Assembly (NCBI GenBank): GCA_031412915.1
Contig: JANODX010000123.1
Coordinates: 61,182 to 125,181 of the forward strand
Length of the DNA stretch: 64,000 nucleotides
Direction of reading: 5' to 3'
DNA from: Vicinamibacteria bacterium
Lineage (GTDB): Bacteria; Acidobacteriota; Vicinamibacteria; Fen-336; JAGNNV01
In this document: in pieces, positions 8,704 through 18,191 of the stretch
Layout: each line of letters opens with the position of its first letter
Position numbering within the stretch: position 1 is the stretch's first letter
Position numbers and translations under genes: made by a program
The notes under the pieces: model-generated
The model's database searches: none
Told to the model about the DNA's origin: nothing
The model's input: the letters and a program-made list of their open reading frames with translations, nothing else

Positions 8704-11238
8704 GTGCTGAGGGGCTTCAAGGGAAACTGCTTCCGAACCGCGCGGTGGGCCGGTCTCGTCTTCGGACTCGTCCCCTTCGTCTCCGCCCAGACTCCGCCTC
8801 CGCACCTGATCGTGATCGTGGCGGAAGGCACGGGATTCCCCTTCGAGGATCCCTCCTTCGCGAAGCATCCAGCGCTGAGACGCCTGCGGATGAACTCACG
8901 GCCCTTCGACTCCACGTTCGCGAGCGATGCGGCCTGGACCCGGACGACCGAAACGCTGCTCGGCGGCGTGCGTGCGCCGGGCGGCGCGGCCTTGGTCGGG
9001 GCGCTCAAGGCCCGAAGGTATGTGTCGTCGTCCCTTACGCCCTCGGGAGGCGAGACCTGGGGCTTCGACCGCAGTGTGACGACCGGCCCCTCGGACATCG
9101 CGGCCCGCGCACTGGAGGCGGTTGACGCAGCGGGGAAACAGCCCGCGTTCGTTTTCGCCTTGCTGGACCTGAAGAACCTGGCCGGAGCCTTCCCTGGAAC
9201 CCCAGTGGAAGCACCGCCGCTAAGCGTCCCCGCGATTTCCCTTTTCGACAGGGGCGCTCTCGACGCGGTGGGCCTGCGGGCGATTCCGGCTCCCCGCGAC
9301 CCTGGAGATCGCGCAGCCCTCGCGGGCCGACGGAACGCCGCCTTCGGCGTCCTCGATCGCGAGGTCGCGGCACTGACGAAGGGCCTCGAGGCGCGCGGCC
9401 TTGGCTCGAAGACCGTGATCGCCCTGGTTTCGACCGGCCCGGCTCCAAGGCCCGAGCGCGCCGCACCGTCGCGGCCGGATCTGCTTTTCGAGGACTGGCT
9501 GCGCGGCCTCGTCCTGATCCAGGCGCCTGGCATGGTCGCACCGGGAGTCGCCGCCGCTTCCCTCGCCCTGGTGGCGGACCTGGCGCCCACGATCGCGGCA
9601 CTTGGCGGGGCGACCCTGGCGAAGGTTGCGGGCCTGGACCTCACCCCGGCGATTCGTGACCCGAAGCGACTCGTCCGGCAGACTCTTCTCCTGAGCGCCT
9701 CACGCGAACCCCCGCTCGTGGGCCGCAGCGTAAGGTCGCCGAACTTCAGGTTCACCCAGTGGCCGGACGGAAGTGAGGAACTCTTCGACGAGGACGCAGA
9801 TCCGAGAGAGTGGAAGAACCTCGCCAAAGTTCCCGCCATGCGGGGGCGAAGAAACGAGATGGCGAAGCGGCTCGTTCTCCCCGGCCGGCCGGCCCCCGCC
9901 TCCAAGGCGCGCCCCGCCCCGATCGGAGGGCGGCCCAACGTCCTCATGATCATCGTCGACGACCTCACCGCGCAATACCCGCAGTTCGGCCTGGCGAAGA
10001 CGCCCAACCTCGATCGCCTGCGCGCCCGCGGCCGGGTCTATGAGAAGGCGTATGCCCCAGCGCCTTTTTGCGTTCCGTCCCGCGCCGCCTTCCTCTCCGG
10101 ACTCTCGCCCGCTCGCCTCGAACTCCATCGCAAGGACGCCTTTGCCGAGGTCTTCACCGCTCGAATTCCGCTCATTCAGGAACAGTTCCGAACGAATGGC
10201 TACTTCACGGCCTCGGTCGGGAAGGTCTGGGACAGCCAGCCGGGCGAGAAGCGAGGGTGGGATGTGAACGAATGGCAGCCGCCGCTCCCGGAGGGCGCGA
10301 TCGAAGCCGCTCCTGAGCTGATGAAGAACATGCCGGTGGAGGCAGGGCCCACCGACAACGAGGACGAAGTCGAAGGAGACGGCCGCAGAGCGCGTTTCGC
10401 GGTCCAGGTTCTGGAGGAGAAACGCGACAAGCCCCTCTTTCTCGCTCTCGGCCTGGTCCGGCCCCATGTGGCCTGGGTGGCGCCCCGGAAATACTTCGAC
10501 CTCTACCCCGCCGATCAGATCAAGTTCACGCCCGCCCCCGCGGACGACACCAGCGACATCCCGGCGATCGCGATCAAGAATCGACCGCAGGCCCTGCCCG
10601 GCCTGATGCTGTCCGGCCGCGAGCCCGCGGGATTCTCGGACGACCCGGACGAGGCGCGGCGCGGCATCGCCGCCTATCTGGCCTGCGTGAGTTTCATGGA
10701 CGCTCAACTCGGCGTCGTTCTCGACGCTCTCGATCGACAGGACCTCTGGAAAAACACGATCGTCGTCTTCTTCGGAGACAACGGTCACCACTTCGGAGAT
10801 CACGGGGGCCTGTGGCGGAAAGACACGCTCTTCGAGGAATCGCTGCGCGTGCCAATGGTCATCGTAAGCCCGGGCCTGCCCCAGCCCGGCGCTTCCACCT
10901 CGGCCCTGGCGGATCTGATCGATGTGTATCCCACTCTCGTGGACCTCACGGGTATCGCCCGCCCGGGGACGCTGGACGGCGTCTCTCTCGCGCCCACCCT
11001 GAACGATCCCCTGGCGACGGTGCAGGACTCCTTGATTCAATACCGGCCGACCGAACCGTCCAGGACGGGCTACTCCCTTCGCACTCTGCAGTATCGCTAC
11101 ACCCTGTGGCCGGACGGCTCTGAGGAGCTGTACGACCTGGGTGTCGATCCCGCGGGGCGGAAAGACCTTTCTGAGGACTCCAAGCAGGCCGCGACCCTGG
11201 CCTCACTGAGGCGAAGAATCGAAGCCCGAGTCCGATAG
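8704..11238 (+). CDS. tandem-domain sulfatase: degenerate N-terminal sulfatase-like domain plus active C-terminal arylsulfatase domain; secreted
   Basis: GTG start and signal peptide. The C-terminal half has the sulfatase signature PFCVPSRAAFLSG (C-x-P-S-R), LMIIVDDL and GDHG. The N-terminal half is sulfatase-like but lacks the Cys/Ser-x-P-x-R motif (DAAWTRTTETL). Confidence 0.85.
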   Translation: MLRGFKGNCFRTARWAGLVFGLVPFVSAQTPPPHLIVIVAEGTGFPFEDPSFAKHPALRRLRMNSRPFDSTFASDAAWTRTTETLLGGVRAPGGAALVGALKARRYVSSSLTPSGGETWGFDRSVTTGPSDIAARALEAVDAAGKQPAFVFALLDLKNLAGAFPGTPVEAPPLSVPAISLFDRGALDAVGLRAIPAPRDPGDRAALAGRRNAAFGVLDREVAALTKGLEARGLGSKTVIALVSTGPAPRPERAAPSRPDLLFEDWLRGLVLIQAPGMVAPGVAAASLALVADLAPTIAALGGATLAKVAGLDLTPAIRDPKRLVRQTLLLSASREPPLVGRSVRSPNFRFTQWPDGSEELFDEDADPREWKNLAKVPAMRGRRNEMAKRLVLPGRPAPASKARPAPIGGRPNVLMIIVDDLTAQYPQFGLAKTPNLDRLRARGRVYEKAYAPAPFCVPSRAAFLSGLSPARLELHRKDAFAEVFTARIPLIQEQFRTNGYFTASVGKVWDSQPGEKRGWDVNEWQPPLPEGAIEAAPELMKNMPVEAGPTDNEDEVEGDGRRARFAVQVLEEKRDKPLFLALGLVRPHVAWVAPRKYFDLYPADQIKFTPAPADDTSDIPAIAIKNRPQALPGLMLSGREPAGFSDDPDEARRGIAAYLACVSFMDAQLGVVLDALDRQDLWKNTIVVFFGDNGHHFGDHGGLWRKDTLFEESLRVPMVIVSPGLPQPGASTSALADLIDVYPTLVDLTGIARPGTLDGVSLAPTLNDPLATVQDSLIQYRPTEPSRTGYSLRTLQYRYTLWPDGSEELYDLGVDPAGRKDLSEDSKQAATLASLRRRIEARVR

Positions 11239-11287
11239 GAGCCCGCTCTTATGGGCCGGCGACGACGGGGTCAGCCGCGCCTCAGGG

Positions 11288-11563
11288 CTACCGAATCTCG
11301 AAGCCCTGAAACCCCCGCGTCTTGACGGAGGTCACGACCGCCTCGTCCACCCGGCCGAAAGACGGGCCGCGACGGAGGTCGGCTTCGAAGGCGCTCAGCA
11401 CATGGGCGGCGCCTTCGGCACGCAACTCCACCGAGCCGTCGGGCAGGTTGCGGACAAAACCCGAAACCCCGAGCACCTCGGCCCGTTGGCGTGCGAAGTA
11501 CCGGAAGCCGACGCCCTGGACCCGCCCCCTGACCACCGCGTGAAACGAGAGAACATCTGCCAT
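11288..11563 (-). CDS. acyP: acylphosphatase
   Basis: 91 aa with the acylphosphatase signature: VxGxVQGVGFRYF ... GFVRNLPDGSVE. Confidence 0.85.
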   Translation of the reverse strand: MADVLSFHAVVRGRVQGVGFRYFARQRAEVLGVSGFVRNLPDGSVELRAEGAAHVLSAFEADLRRGPSFGRVDEAVVTSVKTRGFQGFEIR

Positions 11564-11632
11564 TTCGATCTTGCCAATTCTAAGAGCAAGGCGTTTGCGT
11601 GTTGTAGACTCGCCGCGCGTTTCAGGATCGAT

Positions 11633-11710
11633 CGGGGCGTGGCTCAGCCTGGCTAGAGCGCCTGGTTCGGGACCAGGAGGTCGGAGGTTCGAATCCTCCC
11701 GCCCCGACCA
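11633..11710 (+). tRNA. tRNA-Pro (anticodon CGG)
   Basis: CGGGGCG-TG-GCTC-AGCCTGGCTA-GAGC-G-CCTGG-TTCGGGA-CCAGG-AGGTC-GGAGG-TTCGAAT-CCTCC-CGCCCCG-A-CCA. Perfect 7-bp acceptor stem, G37, CCA encoded. Confidence 0.9.
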
Positions 11711-11733
11711 ATCTCGAGCGGTAGGACATCGGC

Positions 11734-11934
11734 GTGCCTCCGCAGCGCATCGGAGACATCGTGGCCGGTAAGCGCGCGATTACCGCCGACACCGATCTGC
11801 GGCTGTGCCGCTATTTTGGGCTGAGCGACGGATGGTGGCTTCGTGGACAGGCCAACTATGACACCGCGATCGCGCGTGAAGCGATGGGCCCAGCCCTCTC
11901 GCGCATTGCCCGGTGCCAACTCCTGGGTGCGTGA
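11734..11934 (+). pseudogene. 5'-truncated HigA-family antitoxin (XRE HTH) remnant immediately 3' of tRNA-Pro
   Basis: IVAGKRAITADTDLRLCRYFGLSDGWWLRGQANYD matches the C-terminal half of HigA antidote proteins (...GKRAISADTALRLARYFGTSAEFWLNLQAAYD). The first ~35-40 residues, including helix 1-2 of the HTH, are missing. It begins 24 bp after the tRNA end. Confidence 0.6.
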
Positions 11935-12054
11935 GTCCTCGCGTCCGACACGCGTCCTTTTTGGCCGCGGGTTCGGACCAGGCGCCCCGGGGCCGGGCGG
12001 CCGAAGGTGAACATGAACCGGGACGTCCGGTCAGGACTCCCGGTCGTCAGGGGA

Positions 12055-14790
12055 TCATCGCTCCGCACGCCCTTCGGGTGACGCCGGGCGAGCGCGGGCG
12101 GACCACTGCGCCGCCTTCTCCGGTTTCCCCCAGGCCTCGTACACCTGTGCGCAGTGCTGGCCGATCCGTCGCGCCTCCCAACTCTGATCGCCCCGCTTCG
12201 CCGACACCTGGGCATAGGCTGCGGTCGTCAGCTGCTCCGCCTCCTCAAAGCGCCCCCGCTTGCTGAGGCACAGGCCGAGGATGCTCTCCATCTCCGCGAT
12301 CTCGGGGTGGCCCATCGGCAGCTCCCGCGCCCGGATCGCCACCGCCTCTCGCGCCAAGGGTTCAGCCTCCGCACCTCGACCGGTCCCCGCGAGGAGAAGG
12401 CTCAGACCCCCGAGCGTCTCCGCAATGTCGTCGGAGGGAGATGCCCGCTGCAGGACGAGCGCTTCGCGCAGAAGCTGTTCCGCCTTCCCCTTTTGCGTTC
12501 CCTCCCAGAGAACGCCGGCCAGATTCGTCATGAGGTAGGGGACGTCCGGGTTCTTCTCTCCGAGGAGCTTGCGGGTCATCACGAGGGCGTCGCGGTAGAG
12601 CCGTTCCGACTCCGAGACACGACTCTGGTGCCTAAGAATGTTCGCGAGATTGCCCAGGCTGCGAGCCACCAGTGGACTCTCGGGGCCGAGCTTCGCACGC
12701 CGGATTGCAAGGGCCTCACGGTGCAGAGCTTCGGCTTCGACGTAGCCTCCCTCGTGGTCGAGGACGTTGGCGAGGTTGTTGAGCACGATTGCGACTCCGG
12801 GATGATCCGGGCCCAGGCGCGCACGTTGGACCGCGAGCGCCTTTCGCTGAAGGGACTCGGCCTCCCGATAGTCGCCCTTCGCGTTGAGAACGTTGGCCAG
12901 GTTCCCGAGGCTAGCGGTGGTTCGGGGATGATCGTCTCCCAGGAGCTTGCGGCGCAGAACCAGGGCCTCCCGGGCCGTCGCCTCGGCGCCTCGGAAGTCG
13001 CCCTTCTCTCGCTGCGCGCCACTGAGCGAATTCAAGACGCTAGCCACGGCATCGTCGTCCGGCTTGCCCCGGCGCCGGAATCTCGTCAAGGTCTCCTGTA
13101 ACAAGGTGACCGCTCCCGCGTGATCGCCTTTCCGGTTCAGGAGGTCGGCCAGGTTGTACTGGATCGACATGACAGAGTCATGGGAATCGCTGAAGATCCT
13201 TCGCCTCGCCTCCAGCGCCTCCCGGTAGAGAGCCTCCGCCCGATCCAGGTCGCCCGTGGACACGAGCAGGTTGGCGAGGCTGTTGATGGCCTGGGCCACC
13301 TCCGGGTCGTCCTCCCCGAGCCGGCGTCGAATGGCCAGGCTCTCCTCTACCAACGGAAGCGCCTGCCGGTACAGCCCGAGGTTGCGGTAGACGTTCCCGA
13401 TCGTCTCCATCATCGCCGCGCGAACGCCGGGCTGGTCCTGAAGGCTCGAGGCGACCTTCGTCGCGCCCCGGTCGAGGATCTCCCGCGCGGTGACGCTGTT
13501 GGCCTTGGCCTCGTTGGGATCGGAGACCTTGAACAGGTCTACCAGGAAACTCGAGACCTGGTCGGCCTTGTCCCGTTCCAGCGCCACTTGATCGCGCTCG
13601 CGGGCGAGGCGACTCGCCTGAAGGGCGCTCGTCACCGCGAAAGCAACCAGGAGAAGTGCTAGAAGCACGGCGCTTCCGACCCCGATTCGGTTCCGGGTCA
13701 CGAAGCGCCCGGCCCGGTAGGTCAGTCCACCTTTCCTCGCCTTCACCGGCAGGCCTTCGAGATGCCGCCGGACGTCCTCCGACAGCGCTTCGACGGAGGA
13801 GTAGCGCTTCGTGGCCTCCTTTCGCAAGGCCGTCATCACGATTGCATCGAGGTCGCCCCGCAGCCGCCGGCGCAAGCGATCCGGGGTGCCCTCGCGGGTT
13901 CGGCTCACGGATTCGGCGGTCACCGCGGCCTTCTCCACGCCGTCTGGCCCCACCGCGGGCTCAGCGCGATCGACCGCCGTGCTGGGTCGCTCAGGTTCTT
14001 CCTCGCGCACCGCGCGCAGAATCTCCAGCGGCTCACGGCTCCTGAGTCGGTAAGGGCGGTGGCCAGTGAGCAACTCGTAGAGGACGATGCCGAGGGAATA
14101 GACATCCGTGGCCGTGGTCACGGGCTCCCCCCGCGCCTGTTCGGGGCTCGCGTACGCCGGAGTCAGGGCCAGACCGCCGACGGTCGATCCCGCAAGGCCG
14201 GACATCTCAGCGTTCAGGAGTTTGGCTAGCCCGAAATCCAGGAGCTTGGGGCTGCCGTCCGCCGTGACCAGGATGTTGCCGGGCTTGATGTCGCGGTGAA
14301 CGACGAGGTTCCGATGGGCGTACTCGACCGCCGTGCACACGGAACGGAAGAGCCGGAGCCGCGCCGTGGTGGAGAGCCGATTCTCATCCGCGTACGTGTC
14401 GATCGCCTGGCCCTCGACATACTCGAGCGCGAAATAGGGCGATCCATCCTCGGTTGCGCCACCGTCCAGCAATCTCGCGATCCCTGGGTGCTCCATCCCG
14501 GCCAGGATTTGCCGCTCAAGCCGGAAGCGCTGGATCACGTTGTCGCCGCCGAGACCGGCCCGGATCACTTTGATGGCGACGCGCTTATGGTACTCCGTGT
14601 CGGCTCGCACGGCCAGGTAGACCTGACCCATGCCTCCGCGACCCAACTCGCGGATCAGCCGGTAGGGTCCGAGGCGCCGCTCTGGCTCGAAAGGCGGCCC
14701 CTCCAGCCCTGCGTGGGTGAGAGTTTCGTCGCCCCGCCTCGGGGGCGGTGTCTCACCACTACCCGACACGGGTTCCGCGAGAGAGGCCAA
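12055..14790 (-). CDS. Ser/Thr protein kinase with TM segment and C-terminal TPR (TPR_10/12) repeat array
   Basis: Hanks kinase motifs (GRGGMGQVY, VAIK, HRDIKPGNILV, DFG, SPEQ). A TM helix follows (~aa 370-390), then at least 10 TPR repeats (NLANVL..., recurring AL pattern). Confidence 0.9.
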   Translation of the reverse strand: MASLAEPVSGSGETPPPRRGDETLTHAGLEGPPFEPERRLGPYRLIRELGRGGMGQVYLAVRADTEYHKRVAIKVIRAGLGGDNVIQRFRLERQILAGMEHPGIARLLDGGATEDGSPYFALEYVEGQAIDTYADENRLSTTARLRLFRSVCTAVEYAHRNLVVHRDIKPGNILVTADGSPKLLDFGLAKLLNAEMSGLAGSTVGGLALTPAYASPEQARGEPVTTATDVYSLGIVLYELLTGHRPYRLRSREPLEILRAVREEEPERPSTAVDRAEPAVGPDGVEKAAVTAESVSRTREGTPDRLRRRLRGDLDAIVMTALRKEATKRYSSVEALSEDVRRHLEGLPVKARKGGLTYRAGRFVTRNRIGVGSAVLLALLLVAFAVTSALQASRLARERDQVALERDKADQVSSFLVDLFKVSDPNEAKANSVTAREILDRGATKVASSLQDQPGVRAAMMETIGNVYRNLGLYRQALPLVEESLAIRRRLGEDDPEVAQAINSLANLLVSTGDLDRAEALYREALEARRRIFSDSHDSVMSIQYNLADLLNRKGDHAGAVTLLQETLTRFRRRGKPDDDAVASVLNSLSGAQREKGDFRGAEATAREALVLRRKLLGDDHPRTTASLGNLANVLNAKGDYREAESLQRKALAVQRARLGPDHPGVAIVLNNLANVLDHEGGYVEAEALHREALAIRRAKLGPESPLVARSLGNLANILRHQSRVSESERLYRDALVMTRKLLGEKNPDVPYLMTNLAGVLWEGTQKGKAEQLLREALVLQRASPSDDIAETLGGLSLLLAGTGRGAEAEPLAREAVAIRARELPMGHPEIAEMESILGLCLSKRGRFEEAEQLTTAAYAQVSAKRGDQSWEARRIGQHCAQVYEAWGKPEKAAQWSARARPASPEGRAER

Positions 14791-15076
14791 ATCGCATCAC
14801 GGCCGCCGCCGGACCGTGCCGAGTATCGACGGAAAGAAACTGAAAATCCCTGACTTTGGCTGCATTCGACATCAGCACAGAAACGCGGGCCGTGTTTAGA
14901 AGGTCCCGATTACCGAGGTAGGGAAAACGCGGCGCATTCTTCTGATCTGCATCGTTGAGGCCACCGACCAAGTCGCTATTCGCGAACCGAACGTCCATGA
15001 ACCTGAGGATAGTCGAGATACTACCCGCTCCGTCGCTGCACCGCGTCGGTGTTGCGGCCCGCAAACCGTGCGGCCC

Positions 15077-16165
15077 CTACTGCAGGAAGCGGCTGAGCAG
15101 ACCGTGAAAATGGTGCAGGCCGTTCTCGCGCCGCACGGAGTAGCGCCCCGACCGATAGGTGCGGGAGCGGAGGCCTAGCTGCACAGCTTCGCAGATCGCG
15201 ATGTCCTCCCGCTGCACCTCGTCGCTCAACTCCAGTGAGCGGGCGAACTCCTCCTCCAGGCCAGGGCGGTGCTCGTCGGGGACGAACCACTCGAAACGGG
15301 TGAGGGTACGCTCGTGGCCCAGGGGCAGGATGACATTCGTCTGCAGATTGCCCGGGTAGAGGTTGAGCATGAGGTTCGGGAACACCCAGTAGTAAAGCGC
15401 CTCGGGTTCCGCCCCCTGCGTGAGGTTGCGTCGATACCGCGAGTCCTCGACCGCTCGCCGCCTGATGGGCGCGTGCTGCTTCGAAGAGTACTCCGATGTC
15501 TCCACGCGGTAGGCCCCGTAGTCCAGTTCGCGGAAGAGCCCGGGATGCACGAGGGGGATGTGGTAGCCCTCGAGGTAGTTGTCGACGTAGACCTTCCAGT
15601 TGCACGCGACCTCGTAGTCGATCTTCTTGTAAAGACGCATGTGGCCGAGCAACAGATGCCTCGTCTGCGCGGGGATCTCCCCCAGCACCCGGGCGAGTTC
15701 CGGCCCCTCCGGGGACAGGTTGACGAACACGAAGGCGGCCCACGTGGCCACGCGGACCGCGGGCAGACGGACCTGCGATTTGTCGAAGCACTTCACGTCC
15801 TCGAACTCGGGGGTCGTGAGCAGCGTCCCGTCCATGCCGTACGTCCAGCCGTGGTACGCGCATTGGAGCGATTTCCGGCTCCCTCCTCCCCGGGCCACCG
15901 GACCGGCGCGATGGCGGCACACGTTCGAGAACGCGCGGACGACACCGTCCGTGCCCCGGGCCACGACCAGCGGCTCTCCGGAGACGGTGCAGGTGAAGTA
16001 GTCGCCGGGCTCGCGCACCTCATCGGCGTGGCCCACGAGCTGCCAGGTGGCGCCGAAGATCTTCTCTTTCTCCCGGTCGAGCATGGCGGGGTCGAGATAC
16101 CACGAGGCGGGCAGGGTGGCGGCCCGCGAAAGATCCTGGTCGAACTCGTAGCGATCGCTCGTCAC
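15077..16165 (-). CDS. Rieske [2Fe-2S] non-heme iron oxygenase alpha subunit (GbcA/CntA-like)
   Basis: CRHRAGPV...CAYHGW Rieske motif plus a C-terminal catalytic (mononuclear iron) domain. No beta subunit gene adjacent. Confidence 0.85.
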   Translation of the reverse strand: MTSDRYEFDQDLSRAATLPASWYLDPAMLDREKEKIFGATWQLVGHADEVREPGDYFTCTVSGEPLVVARGTDGVVRAFSNVCRHRAGPVARGGGSRKSLQCAYHGWTYGMDGTLLTTPEFEDVKCFDKSQVRLPAVRVATWAAFVFVNLSPEGPELARVLGEIPAQTRHLLLGHMRLYKKIDYEVACNWKVYVDNYLEGYHIPLVHPGLFRELDYGAYRVETSEYSSKQHAPIRRRAVEDSRYRRNLTQGAEPEALYYWVFPNLMLNLYPGNLQTNVILPLGHERTLTRFEWFVPDEHRPGLEEEFARSLELSDEVQREDIAICEAVQLGLRSRTYRSGRYSVRRENGLHHFHGLLSRFLQ

Positions 16166-16243
16166 TTCGAATCGACTTTACCGTCGTTCCAATTCGTGGA
16201 CGGGCGGGACCTCCGAGGCGAAGCGACGCTCGAAAGAGCCCCG

Positions 16244-17125
16244 CTAGAAAAGGTTCTTCATGGGCGCCGAGATCAACCACGCGCCCGCAAGGCATACCGC
16301 GCATCCGATGGCGGAGATCGCGGCCACGTGTTCGCCGCGCACCATGACTCCGAGGGCAAGCGCCACCACCGGAATCAAGAACGTGCTGGCGGACGCTGTC
16401 GACGCGCCGAACTTCCCCGCGGCCCGGGCCATCAACACCTGGGCCGCCGCCGTGCCCAGGGATCCAAGGGCCAGCATGCACAAGGCGGATCGAAGCGTCC
16501 ACCGCGCTTCGAGCAGCGCGGGCAGGCCCAGAGGCGCGGTCAGGACCAGGGCCACGATCAACGCCCGAAAGATCACGGGCAGGCTGCCGTTCCTTCGCTG
16601 CAGAGGCTGAGCGATGTTGAGGGCGATCCCGTAGGACAGAAGTGCTGCCAGCACGAGGCCGATTCCAAGCACGCTGTTTCCGCCCTCCCCCAATCCGGGC
16701 CAGGCGATGAGCAAGGCTCCGGTCATTCCCACCCCGAGGCCGACCGTCACCGATCGCGACGGCATCCGGCGTGCGATCAGGGCCGCGACGATGACCACGA
16801 ACAGCGGGTTCGCGCCGTTCAACATGCCGGTCAGCGCGGAACTGATGTGCTGCTCCGCGAAGGGGAACATGCTCAACGGAAACGCCATCCACAAGAGGCC
16901 CACCCAGAAGACCCCCTTCCAGTCCTCACGCCGCACCGGCCCTCGCGCGGCCGGAAATACGGACAGGGTGGCGAGGCCGATGACGAGTCGGACGAAGGTC
17001 ACGCCGTTGGGGGCGAGCGACTCCAGCCCTTCCGCGATGAAGAGAAACGACGCGCCCCAGATGAGGCCCGGGGCCGCGAGGAGGAACCACTCGAAGGGCG
17101 TCCTTGGCGCTTTGGCGAAAGACAT
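16244..17125 (-). CDS. EamA/DMT-family transporter
   Basis: 293 aa, about 10 TM helices, two EamA-like repeats. Confidence 0.8.
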   Translation of the reverse strand: MSFAKAPRTPFEWFLLAAPGLIWGASFLFIAEGLESLAPNGVTFVRLVIGLATLSVFPAARGPVRREDWKGVFWVGLLWMAFPLSMFPFAEQHISSALTGMLNGANPLFVVIVAALIARRMPSRSVTVGLGVGMTGALLIAWPGLGEGGNSVLGIGLVLAALLSYGIALNIAQPLQRRNGSLPVIFRALIVALVLTAPLGLPALLEARWTLRSALCMLALGSLGTAAAQVLMARAAGKFGASTASASTFLIPVVALALGVMVRGEHVAAISAIGCAVCLAGAWLISAPMKNLF

Positions 17126-17185
17126 GGGCGCGCAAGACTACGCGACCTCGCCGTCCCCCAGGTGTCCCGCCCGGGCGCCCTGGCA

Positions 17186-18091
17186 CTACCAGACGGATCG
17201 GCTTCGCTGGTCCTCGCTGTCGGGTTCGACATGGATGACCACGTCCGCGAGTCCGTCGTATTGCCCGCACAGCCACAGCTCCAGGTCGCGAGCGATGGCG
17301 TGCCCTTTCTCGACGCTGATGGCCGGATCCACGAGGATGCTCATGTCCATGTGGATGATGGCGCCGGTGCCCCGCGATCGGATGTTGTGGCAGCCCTTCA
17401 CGCCCTCGAACGCGGTGACTTTCTTCATCACGTCATAGGGGTCGAGCCTCTGCTGGTCCGAGAAGGTCGTGTGCGCGCCCTTGAACACCTGGATGGCCGC
17501 CCAGACGATGGCGAAGGCCACGAACAGACCCACGATGGGGTCCGCGATGGGCACCCCGGACTTGACCAGGATCAGGGAGACCAGAACGCCCACGGTCACC
17601 CAAACATCGGACAGGGTGTGCTTCGCGTCGGCCTGCAGGATATCGCTGCCGAGGGCCTGACCACGACGGGTTTCGAACCACACTACGAAGATGTTGATGC
17701 CGAGGGTGACGATCATGACCGCGAAGGAGGTGGCCGTGACCTCGACCCTCGGATGAATCCCGCTCCGGGCGAACGCCGTGAGTGCTGCGACCGAACCGCT
17801 GACGACCTTCCAGGCCGCGAAGCACAGCATGAGTCCGATGGCCGCACTCGCGAACGCCTCGTACTTGTGATGGCCGTAGGGGTGGTCCGCGTCGGGGGGC
17901 TTCCGGGCGGCCTTCATGGCGATCAGGGCCACGATGTTTCCCGAGCCGTCGGTGAAGGAATGAATGCCGTCGGCCAGCATGGCGGTGGACCCGCTGACGA
18001 TCCCCCAGGCGGCCTTGGCGGAGGCCACGATCACGTTCAGGAAGAGGATCTGCCAAAGGACCCGGTTTATTCCCTCGGCGCGTGCCTGCAT
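17186..18091 (-). CDS. cation diffusion facilitator (CzcD-like) transporter
   Basis: CDF motifs (LADGIHSFTDGSGN, HPYGHHKYE). Start placed at the internal ATG (complement 18089-18091), which has a perfect GGAGG RBS 7 nt upstream; the ORF-track N-terminal 71 aa are not CDF-like. Confidence 0.88.
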   Translation of the reverse strand: MQARAEGINRVLWQILFLNVIVASAKAAWGIVSGSTAMLADGIHSFTDGSGNIVALIAMKAARKPPDADHPYGHHKYEAFASAAIGLMLCFAAWKVVSGSVAALTAFARSGIHPRVEVTATSFAVMIVTLGINIFVVWFETRRGQALGSDILQADAKHTLSDVWVTVGVLVSLILVKSGVPIADPIVGLFVAFAIVWAAIQVFKGAHTTFSDQQRLDPYDVMKKVTAFEGVKGCHNIRSRGTGAIIHMDMSILVDPAISVEKGHAIARDLELWLCGQYDGLADVVIHVEPDSEDQRSRSVW

Positions 18092-18191
18092 GTCCTTACC
18101 TCCAGGGCAGCCCTTCCCAGCAATTCGCCCGATGATCCACGCCCGACCCCCCAAATCATAGGGGATAAGCTCGGAGGGCATCAGGATCGCC

